A stretch of 63,629 nucleotides of DNA from contig NC_068987.1 in the NCBI RefSeq assembly GCF_001194135.2, positions 106,777,942-106,841,570 on the forward strand, written 5' to 3'. Each line of letters opens with the position of its first letter. Position 1 is the stretch's first letter. The stretch comes from Octopus bimaculoides (Eukaryota). Below the pieces are notes generated by a model that ran no database searches, had not been told where the DNA came from, and was given only the letters and a program-made list of their open reading frames with translations. The position numbers were made by a program, and so were the translations under genes. This document shows positions 12,230-24,680 of the stretch, piece by piece.

Positions 12230-12650
12230 AGACTGTTCTCACAATCGCCAGAACGTTGGTTCGATGCAATGACTGGGCAGCGCGATGTGGTTTTGAGCAA
12301 AATGCTCCATTTCACATGCTTCGATTGTTAGCCTGATTGCCTAGCCATCGGAGTAGCATTTTTGTGATGAGCGATGTGTAACAACATCTGATAGCCTTGT
12401 CAGGCACCTGATTAGGATCTGCTCAGTTTGGCTAACAGATATTTCAATTAATTTTTTTAAAAAAATAAACAGTTTCAAACTTCGTATAATGGTGTCGCAC
12501 TCTGTGTCACGCTGAATCTCCCCAATAACTACATTAAGGGTACACGTGTCTGTGGAATGCTCAGCCGCTTGCACGTTAATTTCACAAGCATACTATTCTT
12601 TTGATCGGACCAACTAGAATACTCGTCACCGTAACCAACGGAGAGCCACG
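12230..12650 (+). mobile_element. SINE family C copy
   Basis: GTGTCACGCTGAATCTCCC...GGTACACGTGTCTGTGGAATGCTCAGCC.CTTGCACGTTAATTTCAC is the reverse complement of 55281-55606. Confidence 0.85.
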
Positions 12651-13382
12651 TTCATTCTTTAATCATGTGGAGGTGCAAAGGCTAAGTAAAGAAATAAGCA
12701 AAAGTGACTTCGATATATANNNNNNNNNNNNNNNNNNNNNNNNNNNNNNNNNNNNNNNNNNNNNNNNNNNNNNNNNNNNNNNNNNNNNNNNNNNNNNNNN
12801 NNNNNNNNNNNNNNNNNNNNNNNNNNNNNNNNNNNNNNNNNNNNNNNNNNNNNNNNNNNNNNNNNNNNNNNNNNNNNNNNNNNNNNNNNNNNNNNNNNNN
12901 NNNNNNNNNNNNNNNNNNNNNNNNNNNNNNNNNNNNNNNNNNNNNNNNNNNNNNNNNNNNNNNNNNNNNNNNNNNNNNNNNNNNNNNNNNNNNNNNNNNN
13001 NNNNNNNNNNNNNNNNNNNNNNNNNNNNNNNNNNNNNNNNNNNNNNNNNNNNNNNNNNNNNNNNNNNNNNNNNNNNNNNNNNNNNNNNNNNNNNNNNNNN
13101 NNNNNNNNNNNNNNNNNNNNNNNNNNNNNNNNNNNNNNNNNNNNNNNNNNNNNNNNNNNNNNNNNNNNNNNNNNNNNNNNNNNNNNNNNNNNNNNNNNNN
13201 NNNNNNNNNNNNNNNNNNNNNNNNNNNNNNNNNNNNNNNNNNNNNNNNNNNNNNNNNNNNNNNNNNNNNNNNNNNNNNNNNNNNNNNNNNNNNNNNNNNN
13301 NNNNNNNNNNNNNNNNNNNNNNNNNNNNNNNNNNNNNNNNNNNNNNNNNNNNNNNNNNNNNNNNNNNNNNNNNNNNNNNNNN

Positions 13383-13575
13383 AATATTCCCGGAGTATAC
13401 ATTTACAATGAAGACACTTAGGATATTGTATTTCACCATTTTACCGTCGCATTAAGTATATGTAAAGCTGGCATAAATCTATGTCTGTCTGTCTGTCTCT
13501 CTTTATATATATGTGTGTGTATGTGTGTGTATGTGTGTATGTATGTATATACACAAATATATATGTATATAGGTG

Positions 13576-13618
<43 letters not shown>

Positions 13619-14017
13619 NNNNNNNNNNCTACGTCTGTGTATTTGTATGAAGCGCATTTTGACAGTTGAATATCAGTTACAAAATTGTCCACCTACCTGA
13701 GAGACCTTACAACATGCAATCAAGCAATATGCACTGGTAATTAGGGATATACATCAATTACCGATTAAGCCAATGTTTAAACATAGATTATTAAGGTAAG
13801 CCATACGCAGACTGATAGAAATAAAATATTCCCGGAGTATACATTTACAATGAAGACACTTAGGATATTGTATTTCACCATTTTACCGTCGCATTAAGTA
13901 TATGTAAAGCTGGCGTAAATCTATGTCTGTCTGTCTGTCTCTCTTTATATATATGTGTGTGTATGTGTGTGTATGTGTGTATGTATGTATATACACAAAT
14001 ATATATGTATATAGGTG

Positions 14018-14099
<82 letters not shown>

Positions 14100-14100
14100 C
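13383..14100 (+). repeat. Near-identical direct duplication (13383-13618 vs 13825-14060), probably an assembly or haplotype artefact
   Basis: About 236 bp repeated at offset 442 with one visible substitution (GGCATAAAT vs GGCGTAAAT). The first copy sits between two N gaps. Confidence 0.85.
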
Positions 14101-14825
14101 CTATCTATCGACTTATATGCGAACTCCACCTTAGTCAGAATACATTTGTGACCTATTTCATCTCTCGAAGGTAAATTCACTGCATTTACCTCCGAGAAAA
14201 ATTTCTCGCGTGTTGTAAAATGGGTGAAATCATGATCTCTGTCTACTGACACTCCCTATCGGATTCCCAGAGGCGTTTCTAGCTATTTGGCTGTTATCAA
14301 TGAAAATATACCGAAGAGAGTTAATTCTGTTTAGATTTTAAATCCGCAGCTTTAACTAAAACGCTGCTCCCAACCGTGACTGTGTAGCACTATGAAGCCG
14401 CCATTTCGGAAGAAAACCAACAGTATCACCATCAAACAGTGTGTATGTACCTTGAGTCAATAAAGAAAAATTATGTACCTTGAGTTAGTTGAAATGTATT
14501 CATAACTTAATTCAACATCTGAAGGCAAATTCAGTCATCGTGGAAAACTTCTCTCCAATTCTCTCCAGAAGTGTTAAAAATTCTCTCCAGAAGTGTTAAA
14601 ACATCATATCTTCCAAGTACTTCCCCCTGTTGGATTCCCAGATGCCTTAGTAGCTCGTTAGCCGAGGTCAATGGGAAATACCGAGCAGCTTTTAAAACGG
14701 AAGGGTATGGTATTTGAATAAATCCATTACACAATTTAGAAGCCACTACTATACGTTTTGAGAGGCAGGTGCATTTTCAACACTTAGGACAAATTCTCCT
14801 TTACTTTCTCCTGCGTGGGAATACG

Positions 14826-14857
<32 letters not shown>

Positions 14858-16344
14858 CACACACATAGACACACACACACGAACACACGCACAAACTCAC
14901 ACACACACGGATACATTGTTCGTGCGTTGATGCTTGAATGCGTATCTATAAATATATGTGTGTGTGTATTTGTGTGTATATGTCAGGGAGAAAGGGAGAC
15001 AGAGAGATATAGAGGGGGAGTGAGCAAGAGAGAGAGAGACGGAGAGACGGAAATACAGAAGAAGGGAGAATGTGTATGTAAATCACGCTTCCTCAAATTT
15101 ACCTGCTTCCAATCACATGACATAGGTTACTGTAGAAACATCTCACTCATTGGCTTCCGTACCATTAAGTCGACGACTCAAGACTAATTGACAGAAATGT
15201 TGTTATAGACTAAAACTGTTTTGACGTTAAGAGTATTTAGTCTTGACTAAACTTTCCAATTTGTCGTAAAACTGAAATGCGATGACAAAGTATTTCCATG
15301 AGATTTAGGCTTTCCGTAATACTAAAGAACCTATTATGCGTAGAGTAGGCACAATTTATCTGCTGTGTAATAAACATTTAACTGTCAGTTAAATGTAACA
15401 AAATGCAATGGTAAGGATATTTGTTAAGCGATTCCAAAATTGCGTTCTATGGTCTATGTTCGAGATGGAGCACTAGACAAGACATGTTACTTTATAGGTT
15501 GGACATTGGTGAAACAGCAGGACAATGTCCCATTACAGAGTTGGTACTTACGGGAGAGAATTGACAAATATTGAATTGGCTGAAAATCTCACGTACTCGT
15601 CTAAATCCTAAGCGTGATTTTAACATATACATTTATGCTGAAAAATACATATTACCATACAGAGAACTTTCGTTAACGGAAGGACAATATTCAATCTATC
15701 TATCGTTCTACTAAGTGATATGCGCTCGATATCCTGCAGTTAATCGAGATATCAAAACATGTTTAACGTTATTTTAATCATAGTTAACAAAGATAGAAGT
15801 CGCCGCGGATTACCTATCTCCTACGAGTTTCCTTTGCCAAATATAACTATTACGTACATCCTACTTCTTAAATACATTTACGTTTCCACGATTCTCATAA
15901 ATCTGTAAGATATTCGTATCATTATTTTAAATTTCTTTAAAACTAACTACGGATTTAGAAGACGCGTTTCTAACTTTCCAACAACTAGAAAACCATTAAG
16001 TGATGCAGCCTCACACTAAAATAAATTTTTGTAGCTAGAACTACATTAAAATGAAGCTATTGAGAGTAATTATCGCGTTTAATCCAACGTATACACATTC
16101 CCCAATCATTCCTTACCTGCTCCTTTCAACTGCTAAGCACAGATAACTCAATCTCTTCAAAAATTCTACATTCAAAATAGCAGGAAGGAAACGAACTCAT
16201 TATGGCTCTCAAAGGAAAGAAATATCTAACTCCAACCATTCTAGTAGATCCCTCTCCCTATCGAATTCGGGCTACAAGACACGTTAAATCAACAGCAAAA
16301 GGTTCAGTAGTTAAATCGAAGTAGAAATTTAAACTTGATATTAG

Positions 16345-16545
16345 TAAGGCAGCAAGCTGGCCGAATAGTTGGAACGCCAAGAAAAATGCTCAATCTCATT
16401 TCGTCCGACTTAACCCTGAAAGATTACATTCCACCAAGGTCTACCTTGTTTTCCCTTTCCGGATCGATAAAATAAGTATCAGTTGACCACTGGGGTCTTC
16501 CTGAAATTGCTTGCCTCGTGCCAAAATTTTAAATCAATATTAATT
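16345..16545 (+). mobile_element. SINE family A copy
   Basis: AAGGCAGCAAGCTGGCCGAA head, GATCGATAAAATAAGTATCAG core and GAAATTGCTTGCCTCGTGCCAAAATTT tail. Confidence 0.8.
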
Positions 16546-16744
16546 GGCAGTAAGAAGATAAGACTTGTCGAGATATCTTATTAGATAAATTTCAAAAAGA
16601 AATATCGAGAATTTAAACATTGAAACCGCAATTAAACTTTAATGCACGTATCAAACAAGTATATGTGGGTTTCATTAGCTGTGAATAAAAGCATTTTAGT
16701 AGTTTTTGCTAACTGAAGTGGCTTTTGCTAACAGCATGTTAAGA

Positions 16745-17070
16745 ATTGGTATTCCGTCTGTTACTACGACGAGGGTCCCAAATGATCTGATGAACGGAAC
16801 GGCTTCCTCATGAAGTTAACGTGCAAGTGGCCGAGTATGCCACAGACCCGCGTACCCTTAACGTAGTTCTCAGGGAGATTCAGTGTGATATAGAATGTGA
16901 CAAGGTTGGCCCTTTGAAATACAGGTACTGGTCACTTTTGGCTGCTGAGTGAACTGGAGCAACGTGAAATAAAGTGTCTTGCTCAACGACACAACGCGCC
17001 GCTGGGGATCGAACTCACACCCTGACATTCGTGAGCTGAATACTCCTAACCATTAAATCACTTGCCTTTA
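16745..17070 (-). mobile_element. SINE family C copy
   Basis: Colinear with 55281-55606; tRNA head at the right end (GGGGATCGAACTC on +). Confidence 0.9.
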
Positions 17071-17104
17071 CTCTAATAGATATATAATCGCAATAATTTG
17101 TTAT

Positions 17105-17325
17105 AATTTTTACACATTGGGATCGAAGTAATCGACTTAATCCCTTTATCTGTCCTTGTTTGTCCCCTCTATGTTTAGCCCCCTGTAAGCAATAAAGAAG
17201 TAAATAATTCGTTATATTTTAGATGCACCTCGTCTGTCTTTACGTTCTGAGTTCAAATTCCACCGCGGGCAACTTTGCTTTTCATCCTTTGGGGGTCGAT
17301 AAATTAACTAGTCCTCTCTCCAAAG
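17105..17325 (+). mobile_element. Two SINE family A fragments in permuted order (3' tail, then middle)
   Basis: 17115-17195 matches the tail at 45300-45372; 17230-17325 matches 45195-45270. Confidence 0.85.
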
Positions 17326-17975
17326 ATATTTTTGATGGATTCATTTACTTACAAGCATACTTCTTCAGCTGGTTCGAAAATGGTGACTGAATCTCAAATA
17401 GGAAGATAGCTCAAAAGTGAAGGACAATAACAAAGTATATACAACATAAAAATTATAACGTAGGACTAAAATGTATTCATACATTTCCCATACAAAATTT
17501 TACTCGTAAATGTTTTCTATGGAAAATAGTCTCATTTTTTAAAGTCAAAATTCTGTAATTATTTACGAAATTACTCTAAATAAATAAGTTTTATAAGCAG
17601 TGAATTCATAGCAATATCTGCTATAGTGCATGCAGGCATTGATTATTTTCAGTTTTACTGTCTGGATCTAGAAACATATATTTGAAAAGTCATGTAGTTT
17701 TACGAAGCATATGTCCGTATTTACATCTACTCTAAATTCACTGGCTTGGGTGCCGGTTTTGGAGGTGACAACATCCAAAGCAACAGCTACATATACGCCA
17801 ACACGTCGAATATATATGCACACACATATACAAATACACAGACACATAAATATACATACATATACATATACATACATACATATATGTATATCTCACATCT
17901 ATTTTCGTTCCTCGAATTCACTCTCTATTTCGTATCTTATCTAAATTAATTATTGCTTAACCGTCTTCTCACACC

Positions 17976-18023
17976 GTCTCCGATGAAGAGATATAATAAA
18001 TATCCTGGAAACAGCGGTAAGAC
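17976..18023 (+). ncRNA. Minimal type I hammerhead ribozyme-like motif (Penelope/retrozyme type), degenerate
   Basis: GTCT-CCGATGA-AG(A)GATAT.AATAA.ATATCCTG-GAAA-CAGCGG-TA-AGAC. Stem I GTCT/AGAC, stem II GATAT/ATATC, near-palindromic stem III (CAGCTG would be perfect). The core has U4>C. Confidence 0.6.
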
Positions 18024-18094
18024 CTTCTATATATATGTTCTAAAATCTACTACACAGCCTTGTTTTTTTTTTTTATCTCATTGCGAAAAGCAAA

Positions 18095-18126
<32 letters not shown>

Positions 18127-18230
18127 TGATAGTAATGGTAAGACAACAAAAGACTGAAAGAGACTTCGATATTATGTAAAAAGAGGAAGTTATCTGTAAA
18201 TATATTATGTGACAATTATTCGGTAGCCAT

Positions 18231-18291
18231 GATAAAACTCCAACTTTCGGATGTCGGGGCGGAAATCCGCACCGGCATCTCGTCAGTTATC
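18231..18291 (-). ncRNA. Type I hammerhead ribozyme-like motif with long stem II
   Basis: Minus strand GATAA-CTGACGA-GATGCCGGTGCGGA.TT.TCCGCCCCGACATC-C-GAAA-GTTGGAG-TT-TTATC. Stem I GATAA/TTATC is perfect and the core is canonical; stem III is imperfect. Confidence 0.6.
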
Positions 18292-18464
18292 GGGCCACCA
18301 AAAAAGGCTATGAGAATGATCGTTAAACGATGGGAAATTACTATGTGATTGGCCGTTATTAAGACAAAAGAGCTATTAGAATGACTGTTAAATGAGGGGA
18401 GAGAATAAAAGGTAAAGGAGTAAAAATACTCATAGCATAAAATACTCACATATATAAAATACTC

Positions 18465-18545
<81 letters not shown>

Positions 18546-18548
<3 letters not shown>

Positions 18549-18715
18549 GATGGGCTTCTTTCAGTTTCCGTCTTCCAAATCCACTCACAAGTCTTTGGTC
18601 AGCCCGAGGCTATAGTAGAAGACACTTGCCCAAGATCCCACGCAGTGTGAATAAAATCGGAACCATGTGGTTGGTATGTAAACTATTTACCACAAAGCCA
18701 CTCCTGCGCCTGTAT
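18546..18715 (-). mobile_element. SINE family B 5' half
   Basis: Reverse complement of the GGCGCAGGAGTGGC...GGAAACTGAAAGAAGCCC head, abutting (TA)n. Confidence 0.9.
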
Positions 18716-19967
18716 GTGAAGAATCCTGGCACTTATTTAAAACACACTTACATCTCCTTACATTCATTTGCTTCGCTTGGAAGTAACTTTGATATATCAT
18801 CAAACATAAGCTTTTGTAATAAATGTTTAAACAACCAATGGAATTGAGTCAAAAATTGTATGTAGTAGACTATGCAATACTATCTCACAAAAAAGAATAT
18901 ATCAACATATATGGTTGATGTACGTAGCTGTTGTTTCCATTCCACCATGTAATTGAAATAATTTTTTAACTATTCATGTCTTGTGGTATTATGTCTCATC
19001 TCTGTATGGAAACAGGATGGCAAAAAATCCCATGCAAGAATAATTGACTGAATTGTATATGAAAACGTTCAGAGACACCCCTCCACATATTCCTGGCGAA
19101 TTCGGTCGATTAATTATACAGGAAGATTTTTATGTCATTTACCAGAAAACTTAGGAATATTTTTATATAAATATGATACACGTGCGCTAACGCACTGTTT
19201 CCTGCACACGCACTCACACACACAGACACACACAGACACACACATTCCAACAAACACACACAGGTACACACACACAGCATACAAACACACACAAGCACAC
19301 ACACACATACGCAGACAAACGCGTACACACAGTGATAATTTACGTATGAACTTAACAGCAAAAAGCTTGATTGTAAAGACGCCAATGTAATTTTGAAGGA
19401 AATTAAAGTGGATATGTTGAAATTTTCTTTCCATAATCTGAGAAACTTAATTTTGAGGTTTTAAACATTCCTAATATGTATACATGTGCATATAAATGCG
19501 TATATATGCATATATATGTATATATGCANNNNNNNNNNNNNNNNNNNNNNNNNNNNNNNNNNNNNNNNNNNNNNNNNNNNNNNNNNNNNNNNNNNNNNNN
19601 NNNNNNNNNNNNNNNNNNNNNNNNNNNNNNNNNNNNNNNNNNNNNNNNNNNNNNNNNNNNNNNNNNNNNNNNNNNNNNNNNNNNNNNNNNNNNNNNNNNN
19701 NNNNNNNNNNNNNNNNNNNNNNNNNNNNNNNNNNNNNNNNNNNNNNNNNNNNNNNNNNNNNNNNNNNNNNNNNNNNNNNNNNNNNNNNNNNNNNNNNNNN
19801 NNNNNNNNNNNNNNNNNNNNNNNNNNNNNNNNNNNNNNGATCACATCTTGTGTCTAATAAGACCTAAATTGTTCTCAACATGAAATATAGCGTGATACCA
19901 AAACGTAAGCGGGCAAGACATTTAAAATCACCGAAAAAGGAACATTATTAAACAGGGACCGGTTTCA

Positions 19968-20202
19968 AAATTTAACAATCTTACCGACTACTGAATATAT
20001 GCGACGCAGTAAATATTCTCTGCAGACATATTCCTGGAATTAGCGCGCCAAAACGAAGACTTTTGAATTTTACCATTAAGCTGTAATTAGCAGAACCATA
20101 TACACGCGCACCTATGGCGGTGGGCAACTTTGTATGGGGTTCCTATGATTATGGTCCCATTACAAATCAGGCTGAAGAGAAGTCGGTAAGATTGTTAAAT
20201 TT
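19968..20202. mobile_element. MITE-like element bounded by a perfect 22-bp inverted repeat
   Basis: AAATTTAACAATCTTACCGACT (19968-19989) and AGTCGGTAAGATTGTTAAATTT (20181-20202). No clear TSD. Confidence 0.6.
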
Positions 20203-20535
20203 GACTACGGCCATACTGTAACACCGTTTTTAGTCGAACAAATCGTCCCCCAGGAGTCACTCATTGTAAGCCTAGTACTTATTCCATCCGTCCCTTATAC
20301 CGAACCGCTAATTTTGGGGGGCATAAGCATGCCAACATTGGTTGTCAAGCGAGTGTAAGTGGACAAACAGACACTAAGGCACACGCACAACGGGCTCCTT
20401 TTCATATCAGTCTACGAAATCCACTCACAAGGCATTGGTCAGCCCTAGGCTATATTAGACGACACCTGCCCAAGGGGCCACGTTGTGGGACTGAACACAG
20501 GACCATTTGGTTGAGGAGAATGCTTCTTACCACAT
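20200..20535 (-). mobile_element. SINE family B copy
   Basis: Colinear with 49343-49728. Confidence 0.85.
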
Positions 20536-20805
20536 ACACACATATATATATATGCATACATACATACATACATACATACACACATACATATATTTATACA
20601 GAGACGCACAAACTGACACTTGTCTGTGCGATTCCGTCCAGCAAATTCTCTCACATGGCAATAGTCATCCACCTGGCGGTTTAGAAGAAGAGGATTAGTC
20701 AAGATGGCACGGCTGCAAAGTGAGCTCCTTAACTACACATTCGTGCTTCTTAACTACATATATATTCTCTCTGTCTCTCTGTCTGTCTCTCTGTCTGTCT
20801 CTCTG

Positions 20806-20855
<50 letters not shown>

Positions 20856-20952
20856 TATCTCTCTTTCTCTCCTCCGGAGTCAACAGAAAGCAGCAGCAAC
20901 AATGGCCCTCAGTAAAAATACCCACGCATATAAATATATATATATGTATATG

Positions 20953-20992
<40 letters not shown>

Positions 20993-21303
20993 NNNNNNNN
21001 NNNNNNNNNNNNNNNNNNNNNNNNNNNNNNNNNNNNNNNNNNNNNNNNNNNNNNNNNNNNNNNNNNNNNNNNNNNNNNNNNNNNNNNNNNNNNNNNNNNN
21101 NNNNNNNNNNNNNNNNNNNNNNNNNNNNNNNNNNNNNNNNNNNNNNNNNNNNNNNNNNNNNNNNNNNNNNNNNNNNNNNNNNNNNNNNNNNNNNNNNNNN
21201 NNNNNNNNNNNNNNNNNNNNNNNNNNNNNNNNNNNNNNNNNNNNNNNNNNNNNNNNNNNNNNNNNNNNNNNNNNNNNNNNNNNNNNNNNNNNNNNNNNNN
21301 NNN

Positions 21304-21339
<36 letters not shown>

Positions 21340-22369
21340 TACATATATGTGTTTGCGCGTGTGTTTGTGTCTTCCCAAGATATGAAATCTTATATAAAAG
21401 AAGGTGAATGCCGAGAGAATCAGTGGGACGAAGGAAATTAGATTCTATTTGAATGTGAGCGAGTAAAGGAAGAAAGGGTGAAAGGCGGAATGTTTGCGTG
21501 ATAGAGTTTGATTATTTGTATGTAGAGGAATTCTGAGAATACTTTATACACAAGATGAACATTTTATTGAAGTTTACAAAAGCTAATATGATAATGACAT
21601 GGGCGTTTGTGAGTTATAATGTGTTATTATTTGTAATTATACGTTATTTCTATTTATTTTAGGAAGAAAAAACAAAATAATTTTAATAAGATCACAAGCA
21701 ACGCCTGAATTTCTGAATTCCTATTATTTATGTGTAGTATAGTTTAATGGTATTTGCTCTATTATATATTTAAACAGAACAGAAAAGCACATGACTAACA
21801 TTAACTATAGGTATATTTAGAAGTTAAACTAATTTGCATGTCAAAAAGTTACGAGAAAAGTCTTTTGACAAGGCTCTATACAGCTCATGTTTGACATGAA
21901 CTTTGAAATTCTTCAATACGAATATTCTATAAAGCCTATTTCAGTATTCTTCTCTTGAGAACCACCAAAATAAAAATAAAAAGAACAACAACAAGAAACA
22001 GCCTAAGTTTACTTAGCACGTACAATGTTGTATACATAATGAAGTTATTTATTTATTCTTACATTTCAATTGAAGCTGGATCAAATATTCTACAACTGTT
22101 GAAATATAATGCAATATAATGTAATACAATATAATGTTGACAGATTGATATAAAATGTACGACAATTGTATAACNNNNNNNNNNATATATATATATATAT
22201 GCTTGTGAGTATAAATATATGTAATATGAAAATAGTAATGTTCCTTACAGTGGAGGTGCATGCATCATATATTTCTGAAGCAAATGGTAGACCCTCTTTC
22301 TGCTAAATATAGTAGCAACGTCTTCCTCAAATCCCATATTTGACCACCTTTAAAGTTCTAACATGAAAT

Positions 22370-22878
22370 GCCACCGAGATCAACTTTGCCTTGCATCCCT
22401 TCGAGGTCAATAAAACAAGCACCAGTTGAGTACCTGGGTCATTGTCATCAACGTGCACCCTTTCCCGAACTTGACAGAATGAAAGCTGATTTTCAATTTT
22501 GGCACAATGCCAGCTGTTTGAGAGGGAAAGGTCTTTTTGATAGCATCGATTTTAGTATTTCACTGGGATCTTAACGATCCCGAGAGTATGGAAGGTTATG
22601 TTGTTGACCTCGATAGACGAAGAACGGAGAACGTAAAAAAGATGGAAGAAAAGCCACTAGGCCATTTCTCCAATGCTTTAAATAATAATAATCGTTTCTA
22701 CTAAAAGCAAAAGGCCTGAAATTTTACGGGAAGGGACAGGTCGATTACATCGACCCCAGTGTTTCACTGGTACTTACTTCATGGACCCGAAAAGATGAAA
22801 TCTAAGGTCATCCTGACGGACGAAATGCACCCAAGCATTTTCCTTGGCGTGCTAGCGAGTCATCCAGCTAGCCGCCTC
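22370..22878. mobile_element. Cluster of three SINE family A pieces (+ 22370-22470, - 22490-22620, - 22705-22878)
   Basis: CCACCGAGATCAACTTTGCC on +; TTTTGGCACAATGCCAGC and GTCGATTACATCGACCCCAGTG as reverse copies. The head of the last copy abuts (AAT)n. Confidence 0.8.
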
Positions 22879-23020
22879 AATAATAATAATGATAATAATA
22901 ATAATAATAATAATAATAATAGCAGTAGTAGTTGTAGTAGTAGTAGTAATAAGAATAATAATAATAATAATACTAAAAATAATAATAATAATAATAATAG
23001 TAGTAGTAGTAGTAGTAATA

Positions 23021-23093
<73 letters not shown>

Positions 23094-23465
23094 NNNNNNN
23101 NNNNNNNNNNNNNNNNNNNNNNNNNNNNNNNNNNNNNNNNNNNNNNNNNNNNNNNNNNNNNNNNNNNNNNNNNNNNNNNNNNNNNNNNNNNNNNNNNNNN
23201 NNNNNNNNNNNNNNNNNNNNNNNNNNNNNNNNNNNNNNNNNNNNNNNNNNNNNNNNNNNNNNNNNNNNNNNNNNNNNNNNNNNNNNNNNNNNNNNNNNNN
23301 NNNNNNNNNNNNNNNNNNNNNNNNNNNNNNNNNNNNNNNNNNNNNNNNNNNNNNNNNNNNNNNNNNNNNNNNNNNNNNNNNNNNNNNNNNNNNNNNNNNN
23401 NNNNNNNNNNNNNNNNNNNNNNNNNNNNNNNNNNNNNNNNNNNNNNNNNNNNNNNNNNNNNNNNN

Positions 23466-23547
<82 letters not shown>
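22878..23547. repeat. (AAT)/(AGT) microsatellite spanning a gap
   Basis: Seen directly. Confidence 0.95.
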
Positions 23548-23548
<1 letters not shown>

Positions 23549-23787
23549 GTTATATCAGCATATACCGAGAAGAGAATAATCGCTGTGAAAACAACATCCA
23601 TTCATGAATTTATTTATCTGTTAATATTTTTTACATACATATTTTACCTGTGAATTTGCGTGTGTAAACTGGAAATGCATACAATGAGATTTTCTGCCCT
23701 AGGTGTATGGAAAACACTCGGCGAGAAATGGAAGAAAATTTGAAGAAAGAAGAAGAAAAAAACATAATAATAATAATAATAACATTA

Positions 23788-24465
23788 ATAATTTCACTTA
23801 TTTGCTACAAGGGTGAAGGATGAGAGGGGGGTCAATACAAAGACAGACATAAAGTGTTGGGGTTGACATATAATGAATTGATAAAAAAAAGTATGTGTTC
23901 ACGGTATACACTGAAAAATAAAGAGACATATGCAGAGCATATAAAGGTTAAAAAAATAGCGGGGAGGATGACAGAGACGTGGCCCATCTGAGACAGGGAG
24001 GCCTCTAGGAATAATCGCGGAACATCGCTGTGCGAGATCTCCCTCACACCTGAAGACCACGTGTCCTCTACAATTACTTCTCTCCGACTCACATGTCTAG
24101 ACTTAGAGAGGTACCATCCAATCTTGCCATTTTCACAACTTTCACCCACCTTTGAATACGTTCACTCGCGGATATCACTTCCCTCTCAACTCTAATGTTT
24201 TTCTTTTCGAGTGATACTTGAAAAAGTCAATTAGAGCTTTACGAAAGAGGAACGTATCTGTCTTCCACCAAACCACTACATTTGCCACAGCTACCAGGCA
24301 AAGGAGAGCCACCAGGCAAAAGAAAGCTGCTTTGCCTGACCAATTGAGGGAGGGCTGCGGGGCTATCATCACTATAGACTCGGCCGACTGACGGATCCGC
24401 CCCACATGTGACAGCAGCTGTTCGACATAACTCCACGATCCAGCAGTGCCCGGTTACTGAATAAT
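23788..24465 (-). mobile_element. 3' end of an L1/Tx1-like LINE (ORF2 C-terminus plus 3' UTR), 5'-truncated
   Basis: Minus frame WSYVEQLLSHVGRIRQSAESIV...AFFCLVA...VWW...LIDFFKYHSKRK resembles the post-knuckle tail of Tx1-type ORF2. Pyrimidine-rich UTR ends GCAAATAAGTGAAAT in (TAT)n. Clade assignment is by recognition only. Confidence 0.6.
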
Positions 24466-24469
24466 AGTT

Positions 24470-24680
24470 CCCAATTTTGGAACAAGGCCAGAAATGTTAT
24501 TTGATGGAATAAATCGGTTACTTGGATCCGTTTGCTTAAGTGGCACTTATTTTATCGAACCTGGTTGGATGAAAAGCAAAGTCAACCTCTGCAGAATTTG
24601 AACACAGAAGTTAAGGACGGATAAAATGCCGTTAAACATTTTGTCCGGCACAGTAAATAAACTGACACCTCGTACCCTTC
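24470..24680 (-). mobile_element. SINE family A copy
   Basis: CAAAGTCAACCTCTGCAGAATTTGAAC is the reverse of the B-box block. Confidence 0.8.

Noticed and set aside
14539-14600. Short tandem duplications (TTCTCTCCAGAAGTGTTAAAA twice; similar at 2375-2420 and 61065-61105) as CRISPR-like arrays
   Set aside because: Two adjacent units with no spacers; ordinary slippage duplications in eukaryotic DNA.
15549-17372. Several micro-exon-like segments with minus-strand GTAAG donors (about 15550, 16120, 17350; also 40730, 50420, 54940)
   Set aside because: Short, weak acceptors or unremarkable peptides; expected by chance in 60 kb of AT-rich DNA.
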